From: Candidatus Nanohalarchaeota archaeon
GTDB taxonomy: Archaea > Nanohalarchaeota > Nanosalinia > Nanosalinales > Nanosalinaceae
NCBI GenBank assembly: GCA_022729235.1
Contig: JALDAJ010000001.1
Location: 192,001-256,000, forward strand
Direction of reading: 5' to 3'
DNA length: 64,000 bases
The notes under the pieces are model-generated. The model made no database searches. It saw only the letters and a list, made by a program, of their open reading frames with translations, and was not told the DNA's origin. Positions 29,382 to 38,248 of this stretch are shown here, piece by piece. How positions within the stretch are numbered: position 1 is the first letter of the stretch; each line of letters opens with the position of its first letter. The position numbers and the translations under genes are program-made.

Positions 29382-29820
29382 TTTGAAGAGCCAGAGACGG
29401 ATGGCTGCAGAAGTAATGGACATAGGAGAGAACCGTGTATGGATCGATCCTGAACAGACAGAAAGAGTCGAAGAAGCTATCACACGACAGGATATCAGGA
29501 ACCTGATTGAAGGCGGTGCAATCCAGAAGAAAAAGGTGAAAGGAACCTCCCGGGGTCGCACAAGAGAGAACAGGAAGCAGAAAACAAAAGGACGTAGAAA
29601 AGGACATGGGTCTCGGAAAGGAAAGAAGACAGCGAGAAAAGAGAATAAGAAACGATGGATGGAAAAAATCCGTGCGATCCGATCCAGGCTTAAAGAGATG
29701 AGAGACGAAGGAGAAATCTCACAGGAACAGTACAGGACGCTCTATGACAAATCAAAAGGCGGATTCTTCCGGGACATAAAACACCTTGAAAACCACATAG
29801 AAGAAGAAATGGAGGTATAA
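29374..29820 (+). CDS. rpl19e: 50S ribosomal protein L19e
   Basis: [24 protein letters not shown]. Confidence 0.96.
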   Translation: MSDLKSQRRMAAEVMDIGENRVWIDPEQTERVEEAITRQDIRNLIEGGAIQKKKVKGTSRGRTRENRKQKTKGRRKGHGSRKGKKTARKENKKRWMEKIRAIRSRLKEMRDEGEISQEQYRTLYDKSKGGFFRDIKHLENHIEEEMEV

Positions 29821-29828
29821 CGATAAAC

Positions 29829-30341
29829 ATGGCAGATTCATCAAACTACCACGTACCGTTCAGGCGGAGAAGAGACCAGAAGACAGACTACGACCAGAGA
29901 CTGGACCTGTTAAAGTCAGGTAAACCGAGAGCAGTTGTAAGACTCTCAAACAACCATACTAGAGTCCATATAGCTGAATACAGTCAGAAAGGAGATGAAA
30001 ACAGAGTTCAGACAGTTTCCGGAGATCTAGAAGAGTACGGATGGGATGGGCACTCAGGCAACATCCCTGCAGCATACCTAACCGGATACCTAGCAGGTAT
30101 GAAAGCAGACATCAGTGAAGCAGTACTCGATGTAGGACTTAAAAATGTCAAGAAAGGAGGAAGAATATTCGCCGCAGTACAGGGACTTAGAGATGCAGGC
30201 GTAGAAGTACCTGTAGGAGAAGACATGGTACCGGAAGAAAGCCGGTTAAGAGGAGAGCACATCGAAGAGATGCGGGAAACAGATACTACTGAAAACTTTG
30301 AAAAAGTCAAAGAAAACATCAACGAGGAAAACGACGGCTGA
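29829..30341 (+). CDS. rpl18: 50S ribosomal protein L18
   Basis: RRRRDQKTDY..R, N.PAAYLTG, G..DAG. Confidence 0.96.
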   Translation: MADSSNYHVPFRRRRDQKTDYDQRLDLLKSGKPRAVVRLSNNHTRVHIAEYSQKGDENRVQTVSGDLEEYGWDGHSGNIPAAYLTGYLAGMKADISEAVLDVGLKNVKKGGRIFAAVQGLRDAGVEVPVGEDMVPEESRLRGEHIEEMRETDTTENFEKVKENINEENDG

Positions 30342-30347
30342 TACACG

Positions 30348-31016
30348 ATGGCGCAGGAAGAAGTAGAAGAGGAAATATGGAACCCGAAGACCGAACTCGG
30401 TAGAAAAGTCGCAAACGGGGAAATCACACGGATAGATGAAGCACTGCACGCAGACGAGAAAATAATGGAGCCTGAGATAGTTGACCACCTCGTCAACCTG
30501 GACGAAGAAGTAATGCTTATCGGAGGAACACCAGGCAAGGGAGGTGGTAAAAGACGTACTGTATCCAAGAGAACCGCAAGGATGCACAAGTCAGGCGCAC
30601 GTTACAGGACAAAAGCTATGTCCGTACTTGGAGACAGGAACGGCACCATAGGACTCGGAAACGGGGAAGCAAACGATACTAGAGCAGCGATTGAGAACGC
30701 AGCAAGGGAGGCAAAACTTAACCTGGTATCTGTGGACAGAGGATGTGGTTCATGGGAATGCGCCTGCGGAACTGAACACAGCGTGCCTTTCGAAGTGGAA
30801 GGTAAGTCAGGGAGCGTAACGGTAACCCTGAAACCTGCACCGAAAGGTATCGGTCTTGCAGCAAGCGATGACATGGCAAAGATGCTCGAACTTGCGGGAT
30901 ACCAGGATGTATGGGTACAGTCCCGCGGAAAGACAAGGACACGTGAAAACCTTATCCGCGCAGGATTTAACGCGCTGAAGAAAATCAACGAGATGAAGAG
31001 AACAGAGGATAAATAA
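30348..31016 (+). CDS. rps5: 30S ribosomal protein S5
   Basis: W.PKT.LG, RGCGSWEC.CG..HS, PAPKGIGL. Confidence 0.96.
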   Translation: MAQEEVEEEIWNPKTELGRKVANGEITRIDEALHADEKIMEPEIVDHLVNLDEEVMLIGGTPGKGGGKRRTVSKRTARMHKSGARYRTKAMSVLGDRNGTIGLGNGEANDTRAAIENAAREAKLNLVSVDRGCGSWECACGTEHSVPFEVEGKSGSVTVTLKPAPKGIGLAASDDMAKMLELAGYQDVWVQSRGKTRTRENLIRAGFNALKKINEMKRTEDK

Positions 31017-31017
31017 G

Positions 31018-31077
31018 ATGACGAAAATCAGAGATTTTCTAAATCACCAGGAACTCAAAGGTGAGTTTCGGTAATGA
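31018..31077. repeat. Junction hairpin insertion, ATGA duplicated at 56-nt offset
   Basis: GAAAATC-AGA-GATTTTC plus GAACTCA-AAGG-TGAGTTT hairpins; new AGGTGA SD. Confidence 0.75.
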
Positions 31078-31421
31078 TAGCAGCTGTAAGAATAAGGAGC
31101 GATACTGACGCGAGACAGAAAGTGGCAAGGACGCTGGACAACCTCGGATTGAGGAGGAATAACCAGTGCGTGGTTCACGAGGACTCGGAATCTATCAGGG
31201 GTATGCTTAACGTTGTAAAAGACTACGTTGCCTACGGAGAGATAGACGAAGAAACAGTAGAGAAACTAGAGGAAAGAAGAGGAGAAATCCTTGAAAACGG
31301 TGATACAGTAAACCTGTCACCTCCTAGCAAGGGATACAGGAGTACAAAGAAAAACCACGGACAGGGCGGCTCCCTAGGTGAGCGGCCGGACATGAACGAA
31401 CTTATCTCCAGGATGGTATAA
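31074..31421 (+). CDS. rpl30: 50S ribosomal protein L30
   Basis: AAVRIR, TL..LGL, VKDYVAYGE, LSPPSKG. Confidence 0.93.
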   Translation: MIAAVRIRSDTDARQKVARTLDNLGLRRNNQCVVHEDSESIRGMLNVVKDYVAYGEIDEETVEKLEERRGEILENGDTVNLSPPSKGYRSTKKNHGQGGSLGERPDMNELISRMV

Positions 31422-31435
31422 GCAGGTGATTGATA

Positions 31436-31861
31436 ATGGTAAAACGTAGAAAGAAGAAAAAGAAATCCGGATCATACGGCAAAGGCTCTTCCAAGAAGGG
31501 TCGCGGAGCAGGAAGTAGAGGTGGTCGCGGAGCTGCAGGACAGGGAAAGAAAGGGATGCAGAAGAAGATGACTAAAGACGGCATCCACGAACTCGGAGAG
31601 AAAGGATTCTCAAGCCAGACAGAGCAGAACGGGATTAACTTGAGAGATATCGACCAGAGAATAGAAAGTTTCGTGGAACAAGGTCTTGCAGAAGAAACAG
31701 ATTCAGGGTACGTTTTCCACGCAGATGAGGCAGGTTACGAAAAGATACTTGGATCAGGAAAGCTGACAAAGGAAATAGAGGTTCATGCTGAAAAGTTTTC
31801 CTCAACCGCGGAGAAAAAGATTGAAGAAGCGGGAGGAGAAGCTGTAAAAGTAGAGGAATAA
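31436..31861 (+). CDS. rpl15: 50S ribosomal protein L15
   Basis: RGAGSRGGRGAAG, KILGSG, A.KKIE.AGG. Confidence 0.95.
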   Translation: MVKRRKKKKKSGSYGKGSSKKGRGAGSRGGRGAAGQGKKGMQKKMTKDGIHELGEKGFSSQTEQNGINLRDIDQRIESFVEQGLAEETDSGYVFHADEAGYEKILGSGKLTKEIEVHAEKFSSTAEKKIEEAGGEAVKVEE

Positions 31862-31865
31862 GGTA

Positions 31866-33254
31866 ATGTCCTACATAGTAAAAGCCGCAGGATATCTTCC
31901 AAGCGTAAAGGAGCCGGAGAAAGAGCAGTCTCTCAAACAGATGCTGACATGGACCGGTATCGTACTTCTACTATACTTCACGCTTGCAGAAATCAGCATT
32001 TACGGAGCCGACCACGCGGCGGTCGAACAGGCACTCCAACAGCTTGAAACATTCCAGACCCTTCTAGGAGCAGAAATTGGTTCTATCGTTACACTGGGAA
32101 TCGGACCTATCGTCACAGCATCGATTGTACTACAGATGATGGTCGGATCCGACCTCCTGCCCTGGGACACCAACACCGACGAAGGCAGGGCGAAGTTCCA
32201 GAGCACGCAAAAAGTACTCGCATACAGCCTCTGTGTAGTCAATGCACTAGGATTCGTTCTGACAGGGACATTCGGAAACGTTATGGGAAGTCCTTTCCTC
32301 ATAGCCCTACTAACAGGACAGATAGCGCTGGGCGGAATGATAATCGTTATACTGGACGACCTCATACAGAAATGGGGCTTCGGATCAGGAGTAGGACTGT
32401 TCATCGCCGCAGGAGTTTCAAAAGCAGTATTCGTCTCCGCGTTCTCACCCTTAACAACCACAGGAGAACTCTACTGGACATCCGGCGGTAACCCTGTAGG
32501 CGCTCTATTCCTGTTCGCCAACACACTCGACCTGACCGCATTGATGCCTATAATCTCGGCAGCAGCAGTTTTCGCGGTCGTCGTGTACATGCAGTCGATG
32601 AGAGTAGAGATACCGCTGACCTTTGGAAATGTAAGAGGATTCGGACAGAAATGGCCTCTCAAGTTCCTGTACACCAGCGTCATGCCAGTCATCCTGCTGG
32701 TAGCTCTCATCGCAAATATACAGATCGCAGGAACCGCACTCGCAGGACAGGACGGATGCTCGGTACTGGGATGCTTCTCAGGCGGGCAGGCAACCTCCGG
32801 ACTGGTGCTATGGCTTAACGCGCCGACAGAGGTATTTGAGAATCTTATCAGCACAGGATTCGCAGCAGTCGGTGCGATCGATATGATCCGTGTGCTCTTC
32901 TACCTATCCATATACTCAATCGGAGGGATAGTCTTCTCTGTATTCTGGGCAAAAACAACCGGACAGGGCTCTGGAGACGTCGCGGAACAGATCTCCCGGA
33001 CAGGAATGAAAGTTCCAGGGTTCAGGAAGGATACAAGAATAATCAAGAAAGTACTCGACCGTTACATCCCCGGGCTCGCAGTACTGTCCGGACTCGTAGT
33101 AGGTCTCCTCGCAGCGCTCGCCGACATGACAAGGGCAGCGGGTGGAGGAATCGGTGTACTTCTTACCGTCATGATCCTCTACCGAATGTACGAACAGCTA
33201 GCGCAAAAGCATATGGAAGAGCTCCACCCTGCGATGAGAGAGTTCTTCGAATAA
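31866..33254 (+). CDS. secY: Preprotein translocase SecY
   Basis: LGIGPIVTASI, KWGFGSGVGLFI, PLKFLYTS.MP, PGFR. Confidence 0.97.
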   Translation: MSYIVKAAGYLPSVKEPEKEQSLKQMLTWTGIVLLLYFTLAEISIYGADHAAVEQALQQLETFQTLLGAEIGSIVTLGIGPIVTASIVLQMMVGSDLLPWDTNTDEGRAKFQSTQKVLAYSLCVVNALGFVLTGTFGNVMGSPFLIALLTGQIALGGMIIVILDDLIQKWGFGSGVGLFIAAGVSKAVFVSAFSPLTTTGELYWTSGGNPVGALFLFANTLDLTALMPIISAAAVFAVVVYMQSMRVEIPLTFGNVRGFGQKWPLKFLYTSVMPVILLVALIANIQIAGTALAGQDGCSVLGCFSGGQATSGLVLWLNAPTEVFENLISTGFAAVGAIDMIRVLFYLSIYSIGGIVFSVFWAKTTGQGSGDVAEQISRTGMKVPGFRKDTRIIKKVLDRYIPGLAVLSGLVVGLLAALADMTRAAGGGIGVLLTVMILYRMYEQLAQKHMEELHPAMREFFE

Positions 33255-33291
33255 CTCACAATTTAAAAGCGTTCCCGCAGAGAGATTTGTT

Positions 33292-34023
33292 ATGGCTGGT
33301 ATCGAAGCACTGCTTACAGCGATGTACGGCTTCTATGACGCTATTTTCCAGCCTGTACTCCTCTTCGGACCCTATATCTCGCTCGCGTTCTTTTCCGCAG
33401 TACTGGCCGCACTTTTTTCCATAATCTACTGGTACCTGCTTGACATCGAGAAGGCAGACGAAATCAAGGATAAGCTGAGCGAACAGCAGGAAAAGATGAA
33501 AGAGGCCAGAAGTGACGATGAGAGCGACAAGGCATCAGAGCACATGCAGAAGACGATGCAGCTCAACCAGGAACTCATGAAGCTTAACCTGAAGCCTATG
33601 ATCGCCACGATGGTCTTCGTTGCACTGATATTTCCCTGGCTCAGCTACACATTCTCCCCAGCAGTAGCGCTAGAACCGGTAAATGACCATGTATTCGAGG
33701 GGGAGCTGGAGTATGCAGGACAGGTGGAACAGATACAGGTTGACAACTCGACAGATCCTGCTACGGTAACCGTTAACGGTAGCGAAGGAGAAATAGGCGG
33801 ACTAGTCGAGGCTCACAACATTGAATGGGAGCTGGTTCGTTTCGGTGAAAACGGAGGGTTCTTTGCCGTACAGGAAGGGCTTATACTCAGCGTAAGCGCA
33901 AAGTTCATCGACCTACCATTCACACTACCCTACATCGGTGGAGCACTTAACTGGCTAGGATTCTACATCCTCATCGCGATGCCCCTAACATACGGATTCC
34001 GAAAGCTTTTAGGCGTAGCATAA
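33292..34023 (+). CDS. DUF106 (EMC3/TMCO1, Oxa1 superfamily) membrane insertase
   Basis: TM-coiled coil-TM, KPM, WLGFYIL...RKLLG; conserved position after secY. Confidence 0.88.
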   Translation: MAGIEALLTAMYGFYDAIFQPVLLFGPYISLAFFSAVLAALFSIIYWYLLDIEKADEIKDKLSEQQEKMKEARSDDESDKASEHMQKTMQLNQELMKLNLKPMIATMVFVALIFPWLSYTFSPAVALEPVNDHVFEGELEYAGQVEQIQVDNSTDPATVTVNGSEGEIGGLVEAHNIEWELVRFGENGGFFAVQEGLILSVSAKFIDLPFTLPYIGGALNWLGFYILIAMPLTYGFRKLLGVA

Positions 34024-34056
34024 ACCGGCTTAAAGCTTCACCCAGCATCCATCACT

Positions 34057-35022
34057 ATGACCGATAAACACTGGTACACCCGGGAAGCATCTGAACCTTC
34101 TGAAGACTACGGGACGAGACCTGAGAAAAGATCTATAGAAGAGCTTCTGGAACAAGGGATTTTGATAGTTGATAAACCGTTCGGACCGACAAGTAACCAG
34201 GTATCAGGCTGGATAAAGGAGGAGCTCGATTTAAAGAAGACAGGTCACTTCGGAACACTTGACCCGAACGCGACAGGAGTCCTACCGATAGGTGTCAACC
34301 GTGGAACCCGGATACAGGAAGCGCTTGCAAAAGCCCGGAAAGAATACGTTTTCGAGGCAGAGCTGGGCGAAGAGAAGCCAGAAGACGATATACGAGAGGC
34401 AGTAAAGAGCTTTGAAGGAGTCAACAAACAGGTACCTCCAGAAAAGAGCGCGGTCAAAAGAGAGGAACGTGAACGCGAAGCATACGAGACCGAACTGCTT
34501 GAAGTCCAGGAGAATCAAGTTCTTGGACGGGTTAGATGTGAATCAGGGTTCTACGTGCGCGTCATGATAGAACAGCTCGGAGAGAAACTTGACACATCGG
34601 CAGAGATGACCGAATTACGGCGGACAAAACAGGGAGAACTCAGCGAGGAAGACACCGCAACACTGCAGGATATAGTCGATGCATACAACTTCTACCGCAA
34701 GGAAGGTAAGGAAGAGGAAATCAGGAAAGTTTTACATCCCATCGAGAGGGCGGTCGCACACATGCCGAAAATCGTTATCAAGGATACCGCAGTCAACGCT
34801 GTCGCAAATGGTTCCGACCTCGGATCAACCGGCATCTCAAAGCTGCAGGACGGCATCCAGGAAGGCGATAGAGCGGCAATCATGACACTGAAAGGCGAAC
34901 TCGTGGCGCTCGCAACCGCGCAGATGACCTCAGAAGAGATGTACGACCAGAAAGGTACAGCAGCCACACTGGAAAGCGTTCACATGAACCCAGAAATCTA
35001 TCCGAAAAAGTGGAAACGGTAG
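34057..35022 (+). CDS. cbf5: H/ACA pseudouridine synthase Cbf5
   Basis: DKPFGPTS, GHFGTLDPNATGVLP, ELRRT, PUA domain, YPKKWK. Confidence 0.96.
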   Translation: MTDKHWYTREASEPSEDYGTRPEKRSIEELLEQGILIVDKPFGPTSNQVSGWIKEELDLKKTGHFGTLDPNATGVLPIGVNRGTRIQEALAKARKEYVFEAELGEEKPEDDIREAVKSFEGVNKQVPPEKSAVKREEREREAYETELLEVQENQVLGRVRCESGFYVRVMIEQLGEKLDTSAEMTELRRTKQGELSEEDTATLQDIVDAYNFYRKEGKEEEIRKVLHPIERAVAHMPKIVIKDTAVNAVANGSDLGSTGISKLQDGIQEGDRAAIMTLKGELVALATAQMTSEEMYDQKGTAATLESVHMNPEIYPKKWKR

Positions 35023-35055
35023 AGGAATTATTAGTATGGAGGATAAAATCTTGAT

Positions 35056-35568
35056 ATGAAACTGATAATAACAGACGAGGAACCTGACCTCGACGGCGCA
35101 GCTTCCTCCTACGCGTATGCTGAATTTCTCAAAAAGAACGATGAAAAAGCAGTAGGAGCCGTATTCGGCGACCTGAACGAACAGACGGAACAGATACTTG
35201 AAGAACTTGACGAGGAGATACAGGACGCCTCTTACTACCTGTACTCCGCGGACGAAATCATCATCGTAAGCGCGAGCAGTATGGACCATATCTCACGGCG
35301 CATATCCCCTGACAAAGTCGTAGAAATCATCGACCACGAAGACGTCAGCAAGGAAGACTTCCCGGAGGCAGATATCGAGATAGAAGGCGTCAGCACCGCA
35401 TCAACCATTATCGCGGAGAAATTCCGGGACAACGACATCGAGGTAAGCAAGGGCGCAGTCACACTACTACACGCGGCGATAACTTCCACCATTGAAGAAC
35501 TGGATGACGAAGAAGTAACCGACCGCGACCGGGAAATAGTCGAGTGGCTGGAAGAACAGAAAGAATAA
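35056..35568 (+). CDS. Truncated, degenerate DHH/PpaC-like phosphoesterase N-domain
   Basis: PDLDG..S, IIDHE (for DHH), STASTIIAE, T.RD; no DHHA2 domain. Confidence 0.65.
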   Translation: MKLIITDEEPDLDGAASSYAYAEFLKKNDEKAVGAVFGDLNEQTEQILEELDEEIQDASYYLYSADEIIIVSASSMDHISRRISPDKVVEIIDHEDVSKEDFPEADIEIEGVSTASTIIAEKFRDNDIEVSKGAVTLLHAAITSTIEELDDEEVTDRDREIVEWLEEQKE

Positions 35569-35633
35569 CTCCTCTCCAGCAGGGTAGCTTATAAGATTCT
35601 TAGTCAAGCTCTTCCTCATAGTGGCTTCCATAA

Positions 35634-35780
35634 GCCGGGGTGACTGAGTCTGGACGAAAGTGCCAGCCTGGAATAGCCGGCTCCTCTTTGAGGTGACGGC
35701 TTGAGAAGAGCTCTTCTCTTCGATCCCAGTCAGCTGGTGACCCATACCGGGTCTCCTGGGTTCAAATCCCAGCCCCGGCG
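35634..35780 (+). tRNA. tRNA-Ser(GGA) with 58-nt intron (35674-35731) at 37/38
   Basis: GCCGGGG/CCCCGGC acceptor, CCAGC/GCTGG anticodon stem, long variable arm, GTTCAAATC; central helix CTGG/CCAG with bulges AA|T and TC|A. Confidence 0.93.
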
Positions 35781-35908
35781 TCTTCGACGCCTTGCTGGAT
35801 TTGATTATCCTCACATCTCTCACGAGAAGTTCAGGGTTCAAATCCGAGAAATCCAGTTCTGGTTTCGAGTTGCAGAAAATCTTTTGATTTTCGAACCCAT
35901 ATCCGGCG
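35758..35908. repeat. Hairpin insertion(s) with partial duplication of tRNA-Ser 3' end
   Basis: GGGTTCAAATCC at 35758 and 35834, inverted copy GCTGGATTTGA at 35794, GCAGAAAATC-TTTT-GATTTTCGA at 35872. Confidence 0.7.
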
Positions 35909-35962
35909 CTTATCTAATATTCAGCCGGTTTTATAACCGAACTTCACCAAATCTTGTCCATC

Positions 35963-36811
35963 ATGAAAAAATCTATCTTACTCGCAACACTTGTACTCGC
36001 TATAGGCGTGGGATTCGCGAGTGCACAGGACGCGGAGACTCAGGAAGAACCTCAACCTGACGAGGAGGTACCTGAAGAAGTAAGTACAGGATGGTTTACA
36101 CCTGACTCAGCGCTCTACGGGCTCGAAACTGCCTGGGATAACACAGGTATGGCTCTAGGAGTCAAGTCTCCTGGCGATGTAGCCCAGAAGAGAGCTGCCG
36201 AAGCTCAAGTAATGGCTGAAGAAGGAAACTACGGGGCAGCACAGAGGGCGGCGGAAGGACTTGAGAACGCCGCATCAAGAGCCGGAGATGACGATATCGA
36301 AGGTATTGAACAGGCAACATCGACACTTGAAAGAGTGATCGAAGATGCGCCTGAAGAAGCCCTTGAAGGCCTCCAGACAGCGATGGAGAACGTGGCGGAA
36401 GCGGGTCCGGAGGATTTAGAAATCGAACCAGGACCACCGGGAGATGAACCAGGTGAAGACGTAGAACCCGGACAGCCGGATGACGAGCCTCAACCAGGTG
36501 ACCAACCGAATGGTGACGCTGAAGCAGGCGGTGAAGAAACTAGAGAGATAGTAGTAGAGAACGACGGGATGTCATTCGAAACAGGAGAAATCGAGGTTGA
36601 AGAAGGAGAAGAAGTAACTATCACATTCGCCAACCAGGGCGGTATCCACGACCTGAGAATCCCTGAACTTGAAGTAGGAACAGAGGAAATCTCAGGCGGA
36701 GAACGAGCGTCCTTCACCCACACCTTTGACGAACCAGGAACTTACGAATTTGAGTGCAGCGTCGGCAACCACGCCGAACAGGGTATGACTGGAGATATAG
36801 TAGTTGAGTAA
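35963..36811 (+). CDS. Secreted protein: helical N-domain, Pro/acidic linker, C-terminal cupredoxin (halocyanin-like)
   Basis: Signal peptide, TPDSALYGL (DUF5667-like), type-1 copper ligands HDL...CSVGNHAEQGM. Confidence 0.8.
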   Translation: MKKSILLATLVLAIGVGFASAQDAETQEEPQPDEEVPEEVSTGWFTPDSALYGLETAWDNTGMALGVKSPGDVAQKRAAEAQVMAEEGNYGAAQRAAEGLENAASRAGDDDIEGIEQATSTLERVIEDAPEEALEGLQTAMENVAEAGPEDLEIEPGPPGDEPGEDVEPGQPDDEPQPGDQPNGDAEAGGEETREIVVENDGMSFETGEIEVEEGEEVTITFANQGGIHDLRIPELEVGTEEISGGERASFTHTFDEPGTYEFECSVGNHAEQGMTGDIVVE

Positions 36812-36869
36812 ACCCTGTTCCTGGGACTCCTTCCTTTATTTTTACTACTTGCGTCTTGAAGCCAGTTCT

Positions 36870-38237
36870 TTAATCTATATAGAGAGTTTTCCTATTCACG
36901 AACTCTTTGATGCCTTCCTCTCCAAGCTCTCGACCGTAGCCAGAGTTCTTCACTCCGCCAAAGGGCAGTCTAGGATCGGATTTTACTAGTTCGTTAACAA
37001 ATACATTCCCTGCTTCTAGCTCTCTACTAAGTCTTTCCGCCCTTTCCAAGTCTTGTGTCCATATTGAGGCGCCTAGACCGTATGGAGTTCTATTTGCAAT
37101 TTCAACTGCTTCTTTTTCGGAAGAAACCGTAAAGACTGAAGCTACAGGTCCGAATAGTTCTTCTTCATAAGCCGGTGTTTCCTCCGGGATATCTCTTAAA
37201 ATCGTGGGTTCGTAGAAGAATCCGTTTCTATCCGGTATGCTGCCGCCGGTAACCACTTCAGCTCCTGCTTTAACTGATTCTTCAACCTGAGCGGCAAGTT
37301 CATCTCTCAGGTCTTTCCTTGCTATAGGGCCTATATCTACATCTTCGTTCGCCGGATTTCCGATTTGCATGGATTCAAACTGATTCTTAAGCATCTCCAG
37401 GCATTCATCAGCGATGTCCTCGTGCACTATTATTCTTTTTGCGGCGATACAGCTCTGTCCGTTGTTAAGAAGCCTTGATGTCGTGGCTACCTCACATGCT
37501 TTCTCTATATCTGCATCTTCAAGAATTATGAATGGGTCGCTGCCGCCAAGTTCTAGAACCGTCTTCTTCAGGTTTTCTCCCGCCTGTCTTGCCACCGCTT
37601 TTCCAGCTCCCGTGCTTCCTGTCAGAGTTACTCCTCTGACCCGGTCATCTGCTATAATTTTGGAGGCTTGATCGTTTGTCACGTATATATTCTGGAACAC
37701 GCCCTCAGAGAACCCTGCGTCTTTAAAGATTTCTTCTATCTTCGCAGCAGTTTTCGGGACATTTGGCGCATGTTTCAATATACCTACATTCCCTGCCATC
37801 AGGTTTGGTGCGGCGAAACGCATTACCTGCCATAGAGGAAAGTTCCAGGGCATTATCGCGAATACCGGTCCTAGAGGCTCATATCTTACCGTGCTTTTCT
37901 GCGCATCTGTAGGTATATTCTTCTCCGATAAGTAAGACTCAGCATATGATGCGTAGTGTTCACATACCCACGCACATTTCTCTACCTCTGATTTTGCAGA
38001 ATTTATGGGTTTGCCCATCTCCTCTGTCATTGTTTCAGAGAGTTCCTTCGAGTTCTCTCTAAGTAAATCAGCTACTTTTCTCATTTTCTGCCTTCTTTCT
38101 TCAAACCCTGTCTTTCTCCATTCTTGGAACGTTTCCCAGCTTTTCTCCAGGACTTGTCTCACTTCTTGATCTGGAGCAGTTTCAAACTCCTCTATATTTT
38201 CCTCCGTAGCCGGGTTAACTATCCTGTATTTTGACAT
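36870..38237 (-). CDS. NAD(P)-dependent succinate-semialdehyde dehydrogenase (Sad/GabD-like)
   Basis: IMPWNFPLWQVMRFAAP, LTGST, LELGGSDP, NNGQSCIAAKR, EELFGP. Confidence 0.9.
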   Translation of the reverse strand: MSKYRIVNPATEENIEEFETAPDQEVRQVLEKSWETFQEWRKTGFEERRQKMRKVADLLRENSKELSETMTEEMGKPINSAKSEVEKCAWVCEHYASYAESYLSEKNIPTDAQKSTVRYEPLGPVFAIMPWNFPLWQVMRFAAPNLMAGNVGILKHAPNVPKTAAKIEEIFKDAGFSEGVFQNIYVTNDQASKIIADDRVRGVTLTGSTGAGKAVARQAGENLKKTVLELGGSDPFIILEDADIEKACEVATTSRLLNNGQSCIAAKRIIVHEDIADECLEMLKNQFESMQIGNPANEDVDIGPIARKDLRDELAAQVEESVKAGAEVVTGGSIPDRNGFFYEPTILRDIPEETPAYEEELFGPVASVFTVSSEKEAVEIANRTPYGLGASIWTQDLERAERLSRELEAGNVFVNELVKSDPRLPFGGVKNSGYGRELGEEGIKEFVNRKTLYID

Positions 38238-38248
38238 ATCTCTCCACT

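Noticed and set aside
34057-35022. BHB intron in cbf5 as known from Crenarchaeota
   Set aside because: The reading frame is continuous through GTLDP
35467-36060. ORFs spanning tRNA-Ser
   Set aside because: They overlap a well-formed tRNA and repeat hairpins
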